Shown here one piece after another: positions 20,749 to 29,766 of a stretch of DNA of 47,712 nucleotides. Source of the DNA: Armatimonadota bacterium (GTDB lineage Bacteria > Armatimonadota > Hebobacteria > CAIYQO01); the NCBI GenBank assembly GCA_038248345.1, contig JBBRXO010000009.1, positions 1-47,712 of the forward strand, written 5' to 3'. The translations under genes were made by a program, and so were the position numbers. The notes below the pieces were generated by a model. That model saw only the letters and a list, made by a program, of their open reading frames with translations, was not told where the DNA came from and ran no database searches. The first letter of the stretch is position 1. Each line of letters starts with the position of its first letter.

Positions 20749-22317
20749 ATGTCAACAAAGAAACGTGTCGTTGTATTAGGCTCCGGACCCATTCGTATCG
20801 GTCAGGGGATAGAATTTGATTACTGCTCGGTGCACAGCGTCTGGGCGCTGCGCGAGGAGGGGTATGACGCCGTCATTATCAATAACAATCCGGAGACGGT
20901 ATCAACAGACTTCGACACCTCCGACGCGCTCTTCTTTGAGCCGCTGACGGAAGAGGATGTGATGAATATCCTCGACCAGATTCACCCGGAGGGGGTAGTG
21001 GTGCAGTTCGGCGGGCAGACGGCCATCAACCTGGCTGGGCCGTTGCATGAGGCTGGTGTGAAGCTACTGGGTACCTCCTTCCATGGAATAGAAATGGCGG
21101 AGGACCGGGAGCTGTTCGACGATCTGCTCACCAAGCTGGATATCGTTCGTCCGAAGGGGAAGTGCGTGGTCTCGTTTGAAGAGGCATTGATTGCGGCGCG
21201 GGATATCGGGTTTCCGGTACTCATACGCCCCAGTTTCGTCCTCGGCGGTCGCGCGATGGAGATCGTCTATGACGAGGTTCATCTGAAGCGCTACATGACC
21301 TATGCGGTAGATGTATCACCGGATCGTCCGATCCTCATTGATCGGTATATTACGGGTAAAGAAGTAGAGGTAGACTGCATCTGTGACGGCACCGACGTGC
21401 TCATCCCCGGTATCATGGAGCATATTGAGGCGGCGGGCGTCCACAGCGGCGACTCTATGTCCGTCTATCCACCGGTGACGCTCTCGCAGCAGGTGAAGGA
21501 CACGGTAGTAGACTACGCTATCCGCCTCTGTCACGGCATCAACGTTATCGGGCTGATGAATATTCAGTTTGTTGTGGATGAAGCTGATATCGTTTACGTC
21601 ATCGAAGTGAATCCGCGCGCCTCGCGCACCGTGCCCTACATGAGTAAGGTCACCGGTGTGCCGATGGTGAACGTGGCTACCAAATGCGCACTGGGCCGCA
21701 CCCTAAAGGAACAGGGGTATTCGCACGGATTATTCCCCGAGCGCCCTTATTACGCGGTGAAAGCTCCCGTGTTCAGCTTTTCCAAACTCACTGACGTGGA
21801 TGTATCACTAGGGCCGGAGATGAAATCCACCGGCGAGATTATGGGCGTGGATGCAAAATATCCGCACGCGCTCTACAAAGCGATGGTGGCCTCGCATATC
21901 GACGTACCGCTGAAGGGTTCGATGATCTGCACCATTGCCGACAAAGATAAAGAGCGCGCCTTGCCGGTAATCCGCAAATTCAGTGACGAAGGATTTAAAA
22001 TCTACGCTACACGTGGTACTGCTTTGCATTTGATAAAGAATGGGGTAGATGCACAGAGCGTAGCGAAGATCAACCAGGGCAGTCCCAATATTATCGACTT
22101 GATTAAAAATGAGAAGATTGACCTGTTGCTCAACACTCTTTCCCCGGACAAAAACAGCGAGCAGGAAGGCGCCAAAATCCGTCGGAGTACCGTCGAGCAC
22201 AATGTCGCCTGTCTGACTTCGTTGGATACTGCTGAAGCTTTGCTGATAGCCATGGAATCCCGTCGCAGCGGTGAAGAGATGACGGTGCGGTCATTGGACG
22301 AGTATTTCAGCGAATGA
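20749..22317 (+). CDS. carB: Carbamoyl-phosphate synthase large subunit, C-terminal half (second ATP-grasp plus MGS domain)
   Basis: LGSGPIRIGQGIEFDYCSVH, EVNPRASRTVP, LGPEMKSTGE, YATRGT; has its own SD (GAGGA). Confidence 0.95.
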   Translation: MSTKKRVVVLGSGPIRIGQGIEFDYCSVHSVWALREEGYDAVIINNNPETVSTDFDTSDALFFEPLTEEDVMNILDQIHPEGVVVQFGGQTAINLAGPLHEAGVKLLGTSFHGIEMAEDRELFDDLLTKLDIVRPKGKCVVSFEEALIAARDIGFPVLIRPSFVLGGRAMEIVYDEVHLKRYMTYAVDVSPDRPILIDRYITGKEVEVDCICDGTDVLIPGIMEHIEAAGVHSGDSMSVYPPVTLSQQVKDTVVDYAIRLCHGINVIGLMNIQFVVDEADIVYVIEVNPRASRTVPYMSKVTGVPMVNVATKCALGRTLKEQGYSHGLFPERPYYAVKAPVFSFSKLTDVDVSLGPEMKSTGEIMGVDAKYPHALYKAMVASHIDVPLKGSMICTIADKDKERALPVIRKFSDEGFKIYATRGTALHLIKNGVDAQSVAKINQGSPNIIDLIKNEKIDLLLNTLSPDKNSEQEGAKIRRSTVEHNVACLTSLDTAEALLIAMESRRSGEEMTVRSLDEYFSE

Positions 22318-22318
22318 T

Positions 22319-22350
22319 AAATATGGGGCGGAGCCTTCCGCCCCATATTT
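22319..22350 (+). terminator. Hairpin terminator ending the pyr/car operon
   Basis: Perfect 14-bp stem AAATATGGGGCGGA-gcct-TCCGCCCCATATTT. Confidence 0.8.
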
Positions 22351-22473
22351 CTACAATATCACCATTCCTCCCCGTACCTGCTTTATTCCGGTGCGAAATA
22401 ATTTTAAAAAAAAATTTTGATATGGCAAAAATCCGGCAGGTGATACCTGGCGCCATAGCAAACTTATACAAAG

Positions 22474-24264
22474 ATGCCGGAGAGTTTATTCTGGCTTAGT
22501 TGCGGTTTTTTTATGGCTCGTTTACGTGTTTTCTGGGGAATAATACGTCCTTTTCGGGGACGATTGTTTTTGGCGGTGCTTTTAACCGTGGTGCTTACGT
22601 CATTATCGGCGTTACCGCCACTGGTGATGCAATACCTCATAGATGATGTTGCTACTAAAAAGAACTGGCACCTGATGGTACCGGCGGTGCTCTTTGTTAC
22701 CCTGCTCCCCATTTGGTCGGCCTGGTTCACCTTCCTCAATCGCGTTTATATCTCTGCCATCGGGCAACGGCTGGTAGTGGATCTACGCACTAACCTTTAT
22801 GAGCATGTTCTGAATCTGAGCATGCGCTTCCACGGGAAAGTCGGGGCCGGGCCTTTGATGAGCCGGCTGATGACTGATGTGGGTATCGTGCAGAATATGG
22901 TTACCGGTGAGACGTTGGCTACCTTGAGTAGTGGCGGTATGCTCATCTTTGGTGTGGCCATGGCTTTCCACATAAATTTCCGCCTGGCCTGGGTGGTGGT
23001 GATTGCAATTGTCCTCTGCGCGCTCAACTATCGTAAATATTCGCGCCTGATACGCACAGCCAACCTGGAATTACGCGAGATGATGGACGAGGTGACCGGC
23101 ACGCTGCAGGAGCGGCTGGCAGGTGTGCGGTTGGTAAAGACCTACTGTCGTGAACGTGACGAAACTAACGCATTTCTCGTTTCTACCGACAAAGCACTGG
23201 AAATCGGCATGCGCTCGCAGATGCTTTCCGTATCATTGAACACCTCCGCACGTCTTATCGTCGGGTTATTATCCACCGTGGTCTGGTGTGGCGCTGTCTG
23301 GTTCATCCTCAAGGGGGAGGATGGCATGACTTACGGGAAATTACAGGCTATTACCGCTTATCTGTGGATGGCGCTGAACCCGGCTATCAACCTGACAATG
23401 GTGGCGGATACATTGGTGCAGGCTACTACTTCGCTGGATCGCATCCTAGATGTTACCAATACCCCACAGGATATTGTGGAGCGGAAAGACGCCTATGAGT
23501 TACCGGCGGTATCAGGGGAATTGAAATTCGAGTCGGTTGATTTTGCCTATGAGCCAAGTAGTCCGCTTTTTCAGCATCTTGATATGACCTTCCCGGCGGG
23601 GAAGATGACGGCGCTGGTGGGCCATACCGGCTGCGGCAAGACTACCGTCACCAGTCTGCTCATGCGCCTGTGGGAGGCGCAGGGTGGGGCGGTTACTCTC
23701 GACGGGCACGACGTGCGCGACATCACCCTGCGCAGCCTGCGCCGTCACATCGGGGTGGTGCCACAGGAGTCAGTGATGTTCGAGGGGAGCATCAGCAGCA
23801 ATATCGCCTACGGGATGCCGGAGGCGACCCAGGAGGAGATCGAGGAAGCGGCGCAGGCGGCGCAGATACATGACTTCATCATGACTCTCCCCGATGGCTA
23901 CGCCAGCTGGCTGGGCAAGGGTGGGGTGCAGATCTCCGTCGGGCAGAAGCAGCGTATCGCCATCGCCCGCGCTATCCTGCTCAAACCGGCGGTGCTGATC
24001 CTGGATGAGGCGACTAGCTCGCTGGATAGCGAGTCGGAAGCGGCCATCCAGTTGGCGATGAAGATCGTCTTGAAAAACCGCACCAGTGTGGTGGTGGCGC
24101 ACCGCTTGAGTACCATCACCGCCGCGGATCAGATAATCGCCATGGATCACGGAGAGATAAAGGAAAAGGGAACTCACGAGGAGCTGATGCAGATTGAAGG
24201 CGGGCTATACCAGCGTCTCTACCATGAGCTACAGGGTAAGCACGAAGGTGAGGTGTCGCTATGA
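22474..24264 (+). CDS. ABC exporter, fused permease/ATPase (subunit 1)
   Basis: TM domain, GHTGCGKT, degenerate signature ISVGQ, ILDEAT. Start may be 22513. Confidence 0.92.
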   Translation: MPESLFWLSCGFFMARLRVFWGIIRPFRGRLFLAVLLTVVLTSLSALPPLVMQYLIDDVATKKNWHLMVPAVLFVTLLPIWSAWFTFLNRVYISAIGQRLVVDLRTNLYEHVLNLSMRFHGKVGAGPLMSRLMTDVGIVQNMVTGETLATLSSGGMLIFGVAMAFHINFRLAWVVVIAIVLCALNYRKYSRLIRTANLELREMMDEVTGTLQERLAGVRLVKTYCRERDETNAFLVSTDKALEIGMRSQMLSVSLNTSARLIVGLLSTVVWCGAVWFILKGEDGMTYGKLQAITAYLWMALNPAINLTMVADTLVQATTSLDRILDVTNTPQDIVERKDAYELPAVSGELKFESVDFAYEPSSPLFQHLDMTFPAGKMTALVGHTGCGKTTVTSLLMRLWEAQGGAVTLDGHDVRDITLRSLRRHIGVVPQESVMFEGSISSNIAYGMPEATQEEIEEAAQAAQIHDFIMTLPDGYASWLGKGGVQISVGQKQRIAIARAILLKPAVLILDEATSSLDSESEAAIQLAMKIVLKNRTSVVVAHRLSTITAADQIIAMDHGEIKEKGTHEELMQIEGGLYQRLYHELQGKHEGEVSL

Positions 24265-26123
24265 AAGCAAAACGCCCAAGTGCACATCAGATTCGCTTGG
24301 ATAAAATTCTGGATAAGTACGCCGACAAAGAACAGCGCCCCGGCGCGGAGCGGCGGCATATCCTCCGTTTATGGCATGAGTACCTGTATCCATTGCGTGG
24401 CAAGCTATCATTGGCGTTGATGTTCGCGGTCTTCCTCAACTTGCAGCCGTACTTCTGGGCCTACATGGGCAACGCCATCACCGGTGATGTTATCCTTACT
24501 CTGGGCAAAAGCATCTCGCCGGAAGATCTACCGGAGCATCTGCGCTGGACAATCTATCTATTTATAGTAAACAGTAGTGCCCACATCATCGTGGTGCTCT
24601 TTACCTGGCAAAATAGCTATCAGATGACCTACGTCGGGCAAAAAGTGGTCTTTGAGCTACGGAAAGCGCTGCATGAAAAGCTGCAGTGTCTGCCGCTCTC
24701 ATTCTTCGACGGCATTCAGACGGGCCGCCTGCTCAGCGTGGTTGTGGATGATGTTGAGACTATCCGGCAGTCGGTGGCGAATACCCTGCAACGTATTGTG
24801 GTCAACCTCATCAACTTGCTGGTGGGGGCGATCATCCTGCTCTCGCAGAACTGGCTCATGGGCGTGGTGGTGCTGGCAGCGTTGCCTTGTTATGCCTATA
24901 CCTTCCATAGCTTCCGGCCCAAGATACGCGCGGGCAATATCGCCGCGCGCCGCGCCACAGCTATCATGTACGGGCGCATGGAGGAGCGGGTGACGGGCGT
25001 GCGCACGGTGAAGGTCTTCGGGCGCGAGCGTGCCGAAGTGCGAAGTTTCACAGAACTGGTGAATAATCTGGCGCGCCTGATGATGCACCTGGTGCGCATG
25101 GGCTCCTGGCAGAACGTCATCGCCACCACTATCAGCGCCATCGCCACCGGCTTTGTGCTGTACTTCGGGATGCATCTAGTACAGACGGGCGAGATGTCCA
25201 TCGGACATGCGCTCTTTTTCTACACCAGCGCTGGTGTGGTCTTTCAACCAGCAATGGTTTTCGGTGACCTGGCAGTGGAGTTCCAGCGGATCAGTGTAAT
25301 CATGCGCCGCGTCTTTGATGTGCTGGAGGAAGACCCGGAGCCTCTCGACCGCCCTGACGCCGTGGCCGTACCGGATGCGCGCGGAGAGATCGACTTCCAA
25401 AACGTCACCTTCACGTATCCGGGCGATGAGCATCCCACGCTGAATGACATTACTGTCACCATACCGGCGGGCAAACAAGTGGCCATCATGGGCCCCAGCG
25501 GCGCGGGCAAAAGCTCGCTGCTTTATCTGCTCATGCGTTTCTATGATCCCGACAGTGGCACAGTTAATATTGATGACATCGACCTGCGCGATACCAAACT
25601 GCTCAGCCTGCGTGACCGTATTACGCTGGTGATGCAGGAGCCAGTGATCTTCAGTGGCTCGGTGGCGGAGAATATCCGCTACGGCCGCCTGGATGCCGAA
25701 GATCGGGAAGTGCGCCGTGCCGCCAAGGATGCAGATCTGCATGAGTTCATCATGTCACTACCCGATGGGTATGACACGGTGGTGGGCGAACGTGGTATGA
25801 GCCTCAGCGGAGGCCAACGCCAGCGCCTGGCCCTGGCCGCCAGCCTGCTCAGCCGTCCCAGTGTGCTGCTGCTGGACGACACCACCTCGGCGCTCGACCC
25901 CGTCACCGAGACGAGAGTGCGCGCCACCCTCAACCGCCTGATGGCCGGACGCACCTGTTTCGTAGTAACCCACCGCGTCTCCACCGCGCTGGCCAGCGAC
26001 CTGGTGATAGTGCTGGAGGACGGACATCTGACCCAATTCGGCACCCCCGCCGAACTGCAAGCGCAAGAAGGCCTTTTCCGCCGCGTCTATGAGCAACAGT
26101 TGGACGAGAGCGCTGATAAATAA
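24261..26123 (+). CDS. ABC exporter, fused permease/ATPase (subunit 2)
   Basis: GPSGAGKS, LSGGQ, LLLDD (Asp in place of the catalytic Glu); ATGA overlap with subunit 1. Confidence 0.92.
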   Translation: MKAKRPSAHQIRLDKILDKYADKEQRPGAERRHILRLWHEYLYPLRGKLSLALMFAVFLNLQPYFWAYMGNAITGDVILTLGKSISPEDLPEHLRWTIYLFIVNSSAHIIVVLFTWQNSYQMTYVGQKVVFELRKALHEKLQCLPLSFFDGIQTGRLLSVVVDDVETIRQSVANTLQRIVVNLINLLVGAIILLSQNWLMGVVVLAALPCYAYTFHSFRPKIRAGNIAARRATAIMYGRMEERVTGVRTVKVFGRERAEVRSFTELVNNLARLMMHLVRMGSWQNVIATTISAIATGFVLYFGMHLVQTGEMSIGHALFFYTSAGVVFQPAMVFGDLAVEFQRISVIMRRVFDVLEEDPEPLDRPDAVAVPDARGEIDFQNVTFTYPGDEHPTLNDITVTIPAGKQVAIMGPSGAGKSSLLYLLMRFYDPDSGTVNIDDIDLRDTKLLSLRDRITLVMQEPVIFSGSVAENIRYGRLDAEDREVRRAAKDADLHEFIMSLPDGYDTVVGERGMSLSGGQRQRLALAASLLSRPSVLLLDDTTSALDPVTETRVRATLNRLMAGRTCFVVTHRVSTALASDLVIVLEDGHLTQFGTPAELQAQEGLFRRVYEQQLDESADK

Positions 26124-26171
26124 CTGCTGGGAGCGCACGCTTCCAGTAGGGGCGTGCTCCATATCATACAG

Positions 26172-26203
26172 ACTTACTAACCTACGGACCTACAGACCTA
26201 CCC
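26172..26203 (-). repeat. Degenerate 8-nt tandem repeat overlapping the stop of the TIM-barrel gene
   Basis: Plus strand acttacta acctacgg acctacag acctaccc. Confidence 0.6.
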
Positions 26204-27050
26204 GCACCGCATCATACAACGCCATGAATTTACGCCCGTATTCCAGGTAACTTTCCAGTTTCACCTGCTCCAGGTTTTTATCACCAATGCCCTGGCCGGT
26301 GTGGATGATGCTGGCGAGGTGGGGCTCGATGCTGTAGCCGCCGTCGTAGCCGTGGGCGACAAGGGTACGTACGCATTTCTCTACCTGGCAGGTGCCATCG
26401 CCGGGGTAGGTGAATTGTACTTTCCCATCCGGGTTTTTCCGCCCATCTTTGATATGTACGTGCACCACGTAGTCGATGACTTCCTTCAGGTATGCCACTG
26501 CGTCCTGACCGTGAACGACCGGGTTGCCGGTGTCATAGACCAGTTTCAGCGCTGGGCTATCCACGAGCTCCAGTAGTTCTAATGTGTTGGCGGCGGATTC
26601 ACCTGCCCAGCCATCGCAGTTCTCATGGATGATGATCACACCGCCGTCTTTTGCCATCGCAGCCAGTATCTTCATGCGGCGGACTGCTTCATCACGCCAG
26701 CGCTCATCGGCCCATGGCTCTGCTGCATTGGGCCAGCTCATGCAGCGGATGTACAACGTCCCCAGCCGTTGCATTCGTGGCAAGGCCATTTTCAATTCTT
26801 GAATATCGACATCGAAGTCGGTGGTTATCGACCGGCTCCAGTTGGCTAGCGCCGAGGCAAAGGAACACACCTTCATTCCCGCTGTTTCCACCTGTTCTAC
26901 CACATGGTCAAAGGTCGCGTCATCTACGGTGGTGAGATTGACATCATTGATTAAGCGCAATTCCAGATGCTTCCAGCCTAATTGCTGATGCGCAGCTATT
27001 TGCGCTTCAATTGAAAAACCCGCTTCGTCGGGGATACCAGTGAAATACAT
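26190..27050 (-). CDS. Sugar phosphate isomerase/epimerase (xylose isomerase-like TIM barrel)
   Basis: HENC, YDTGN, HVHIKD, SIEPH metal-ligand motifs. Confidence 0.85.
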   Translation of the reverse strand: MYFTGIPDEAGFSIEAQIAAHQQLGWKHLELRLINDVNLTTVDDATFDHVVEQVETAGMKVCSFASALANWSRSITTDFDVDIQELKMALPRMQRLGTLYIRCMSWPNAAEPWADERWRDEAVRRMKILAAMAKDGGVIIIHENCDGWAGESAANTLELLELVDSPALKLVYDTGNPVVHGQDAVAYLKEVIDYVVHVHIKDGRKNPDGKVQFTYPGDGTCQVEKCVRTLVAHGYDGGYSIEPHLASIIHTGQGIGDKNLEQVKLESYLEYGRKFMALYDAVRVGL

Positions 27051-27064
27051 GGTTTATCCTCCTG

Positions 27065-27928
27065 CTAGAACCTCATTAAATTTTCTGCTTTGAATACCCC
27101 TTCAGGCATCCCGCTCTCTTTGTTCGCCTGTGGATACCAGGGGGTGATGGGGGTAGTACTAGGATTAATGATGACATAGAAATCTTGCGCCGGGTTATGG
27201 CTGGTACCCAGCAGGAAATAGCGCGCTTTCGTCGCCGGATCCTGTACGACATCCAGCACCAGCACAGCGAATTCCGGCTGATCTTTTTTGAGCATTATAT
27301 CACCCGGTTCCATATCGCGGATATCCTTCACTGGTTTCAGCATGGATGCCAGCGTGGTGGCGTCTGTCTGGGGGAATAGCTCCTGTAAATATTCGATCAG
27401 TGCCTTATGATCGGGAGAGAGCTTCTTCTCTTTAACCCAGGTACGGAAATCAACTTTCGTGCCCTTTTTAGTGGGAAAGTCTATCTGCCACAGCCAGTCC
27501 TTGGAGAATAGATATTCCGCGCGTAGCCGTAATATGGCATTAGCGCTCAATTGCAGGTTATTTTTGCCGGGATCGATATTAACCACTGCTGCGTGTTTGA
27601 ATTGGTTCGGTGCTTCAATGCCATCATAGGTGAGGACGGGTGGGTTACCCGCCTTCAACGGCAAGTGCTGCACCCATTCGCCGAAGGTGCCGGGTATTGC
27701 GGTTAACCGCAGATAGTTCGCCTTAGGGGTGATGACGTTCAGCAGCTGAGTTATGGGGTCTGGTTTTTGTGACAACCAGGGGTACGTTACAGCTGCTGTG
27801 GTATCTCTGGTTACCGGTAACAACTTCGCCCGCGGGGATTCGTTAGCGCAGCCAGCTAGCAAAAAGATAGTCACGAGAAATGACGATGCGAGTAAAAACA
27901 AGCGCATTTGGGCGGTTCTCCAATTCAT
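27065..27928 (-). CDS. Lipoprotein, DUF4846-like
   Basis: Lipobox LLAGC; FGEWVQHLPLK, LRLRAEYLF and PAQDF resemble DUF4846. Confidence 0.65.
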   Translation of the reverse strand: MNWRTAQMRLFLLASSFLVTIFLLAGCANESPRAKLLPVTRDTTAAVTYPWLSQKPDPITQLLNVITPKANYLRLTAIPGTFGEWVQHLPLKAGNPPVLTYDGIEAPNQFKHAAVVNIDPGKNNLQLSANAILRLRAEYLFSKDWLWQIDFPTKKGTKVDFRTWVKEKKLSPDHKALIEYLQELFPQTDATTLASMLKPVKDIRDMEPGDIMLKKDQPEFAVLVLDVVQDPATKARYFLLGTSHNPAQDFYVIINPSTTPITPWYPQANKESGMPEGVFKAENLMRF

Positions 27929-27931
27929 TAT

Positions 27932-28570
27932 TTAATAACCAAGTTCGCTTAGGCGTTCTAATGTCAGCCCGGCAGGAATATCTCGATTGAGCAGCAGGCG
28001 TTCCAGGTATCGCGCCAGCAGGTCTACCTCGATATTTACTTCATCCCCGATTGAGAGAGTGGATAATGTGGTGACGCTCAGGGTGTGACGGATGAGTGAT
28101 ACCGAAAAGCTCACTGTGTTCGCATCCACCACGGTCAGGCTGATGCCATCAATGGCGATAGAACCCTTGGGGGAGACAAAGCGAGCTAATGCGCCGGGAA
28201 GGGTAAAAGTGAGGACGCGCTCTTCACCGACACCGCTAACGTTCCGCAATTTCCCCACACCGTCTACATGTCCGCTGACGATGTGCCCACCCAGCCGGCC
28301 ATCCAGACGTAGTGCACGCTCCAGATTCACTTGTTGCCCCGGTTGGAGTTTTTCCAGTGTGGTACTTTTCAACGTCTCTGGCATCATCCAGAGCCACAGT
28401 TTTTCTGGTTCAATCTTTTCTACTGTCAGGCAAACTCCGTTGGTGGCTAGGCTATCGCCCACATGCAAGTCCTCACGGACTAACGTAGCCCGCACCGACA
28501 GCCGCGCGGTATTCCCAGAACGCTGCAAAGTCTGCACCGTCCCCATCTCTTCCACGATTCCGGTAAACAT
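27932..28570 (-). CDS. ribE: Riboflavin synthase (alpha chain)
   Basis: Canonical N-terminus MFTGIVEE; GDSLATNGVCLTV, GGHIVSGHVDG, VNIEVD. Confidence 0.95.
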   Translation of the reverse strand: MFTGIVEEMGTVQTLQRSGNTARLSVRATLVREDLHVGDSLATNGVCLTVEKIEPEKLWLWMMPETLKSTTLEKLQPGQQVNLERALRLDGRLGGHIVSGHVDGVGKLRNVSGVGEERVLTFTLPGALARFVSPKGSIAIDGISLTVVDANTVSFSVSLIRHTLSVTTLSTLSIGDEVNIEVDLLARYLERLLLNRDIPAGLTLERLSELGY

Positions 28571-28705
28571 AAGCTTAGTTTCCATGTTGTGGGGAGTTGT
28601 GTCAAGAGGAATACGGAAGTTTAAATTTTGAAACGTTGCAGGTAATTTCTAATTTATGTTGAATTCAAGGATTAGGATTCTTCAGAACAAGGGGTTGAAT
28701 TTCTA

Positions 28706-29749
28706 ATGAGTTATGAAATCGGAATGGCTGCATTAAATATGCAGATGACAGAGCGGGTCGCGCGGACTGAATATACCGACAGTTGGGAGATTGTCCGGCA
28801 TTACTCCGGGCTTGATCCACGGAAAGATAATGCAGCTTGGCGCGGCTACCAGGATGCTGTTAATTTAGACTATTTGTGGACAGTTAACGATGGCCCGGTT
28901 CCCTGGAGTGCACGTGGGCGAGTTACCGATTTGGGTCATGCTGTTTATAATGAGGATGGCTCGGATTTTCATGCGAGCCAACCCTCACCGTTCACCGACT
29001 TTGAGCAGGTACTGTCATTCAATGCTGTGGATGAATATGGGATGTTGGATATAGATGAACTAACGGCCTACTACGAGAATAGCTATCAGAATAACCGAGC
29101 AAATAACCCCAATCAGGTTATAAGCGGGGGGTACTATAATACACTCGTCTCCGGCGCGATAGCGATATTCGGCTTTGAGATGATGCTGGAAGCGATGGGC
29201 GAAGATTCAGAGCGCTTCGGCGAAGAGGTGTTTGAGGGGATTTTTCAGCAGACTTTGCATCATATCAAAGCGTGGGCAAATACCTCCATCGATATCTTCA
29301 TGTGTCACGATGACATGGTCTGGACGGAAGGCCCGTTTATTAGTCCTAACTTCTACCGAAAGTACATTTTTTCACGTTATAAGGAGCTGTGGCAACCGCT
29401 CAAGGATGCCGGCAAGCGCGTGCTCTACACCAGTGATGGCACTTATGACATGTTCTTCGACGATATCGCAGCTGCTGGCGCTGACGGATTCTGCTTCGAG
29501 CCAACCAACGATATCAATAAACTGGTACGCGACTATGGGCAGACACATGTGATAATAGGCGGTGCCGACTGCCGAACTCTCACCTGGGGGAGCAAAGCGG
29601 ACATTGAAGCTGAACTCCGTTCGTTATTCGAGCTCGCGCGCGCCTGCCCCGGTTTCGTCTTTGCCACCGGCAATCACCTCCCCAGCAACATACCGCTGGA
29701 GAATGCCATCTATTACTTTGATTTGATCGCGGAGTTAGGGAAGCGCTAA
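28706..29749 (+). CDS. Uroporphyrinogen decarboxylase / methyltransferase-like family protein
   Basis: HDDMVWTEGPFISP, YTSDG, IIGGAD, GFVFATGNHLPSNIPLEN. Confidence 0.75.
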   Translation: MSYEIGMAALNMQMTERVARTEYTDSWEIVRHYSGLDPRKDNAAWRGYQDAVNLDYLWTVNDGPVPWSARGRVTDLGHAVYNEDGSDFHASQPSPFTDFEQVLSFNAVDEYGMLDIDELTAYYENSYQNNRANNPNQVISGGYYNTLVSGAIAIFGFEMMLEAMGEDSERFGEEVFEGIFQQTLHHIKAWANTSIDIFMCHDDMVWTEGPFISPNFYRKYIFSRYKELWQPLKDAGKRVLYTSDGTYDMFFDDIAAAGADGFCFEPTNDINKLVRDYGQTHVIIGGADCRTLTWGSKADIEAELRSLFELARACPGFVFATGNHLPSNIPLENAIYYFDLIAELGKR

Positions 29750-29766
29750 CTCAGGCTGACGAGGGT

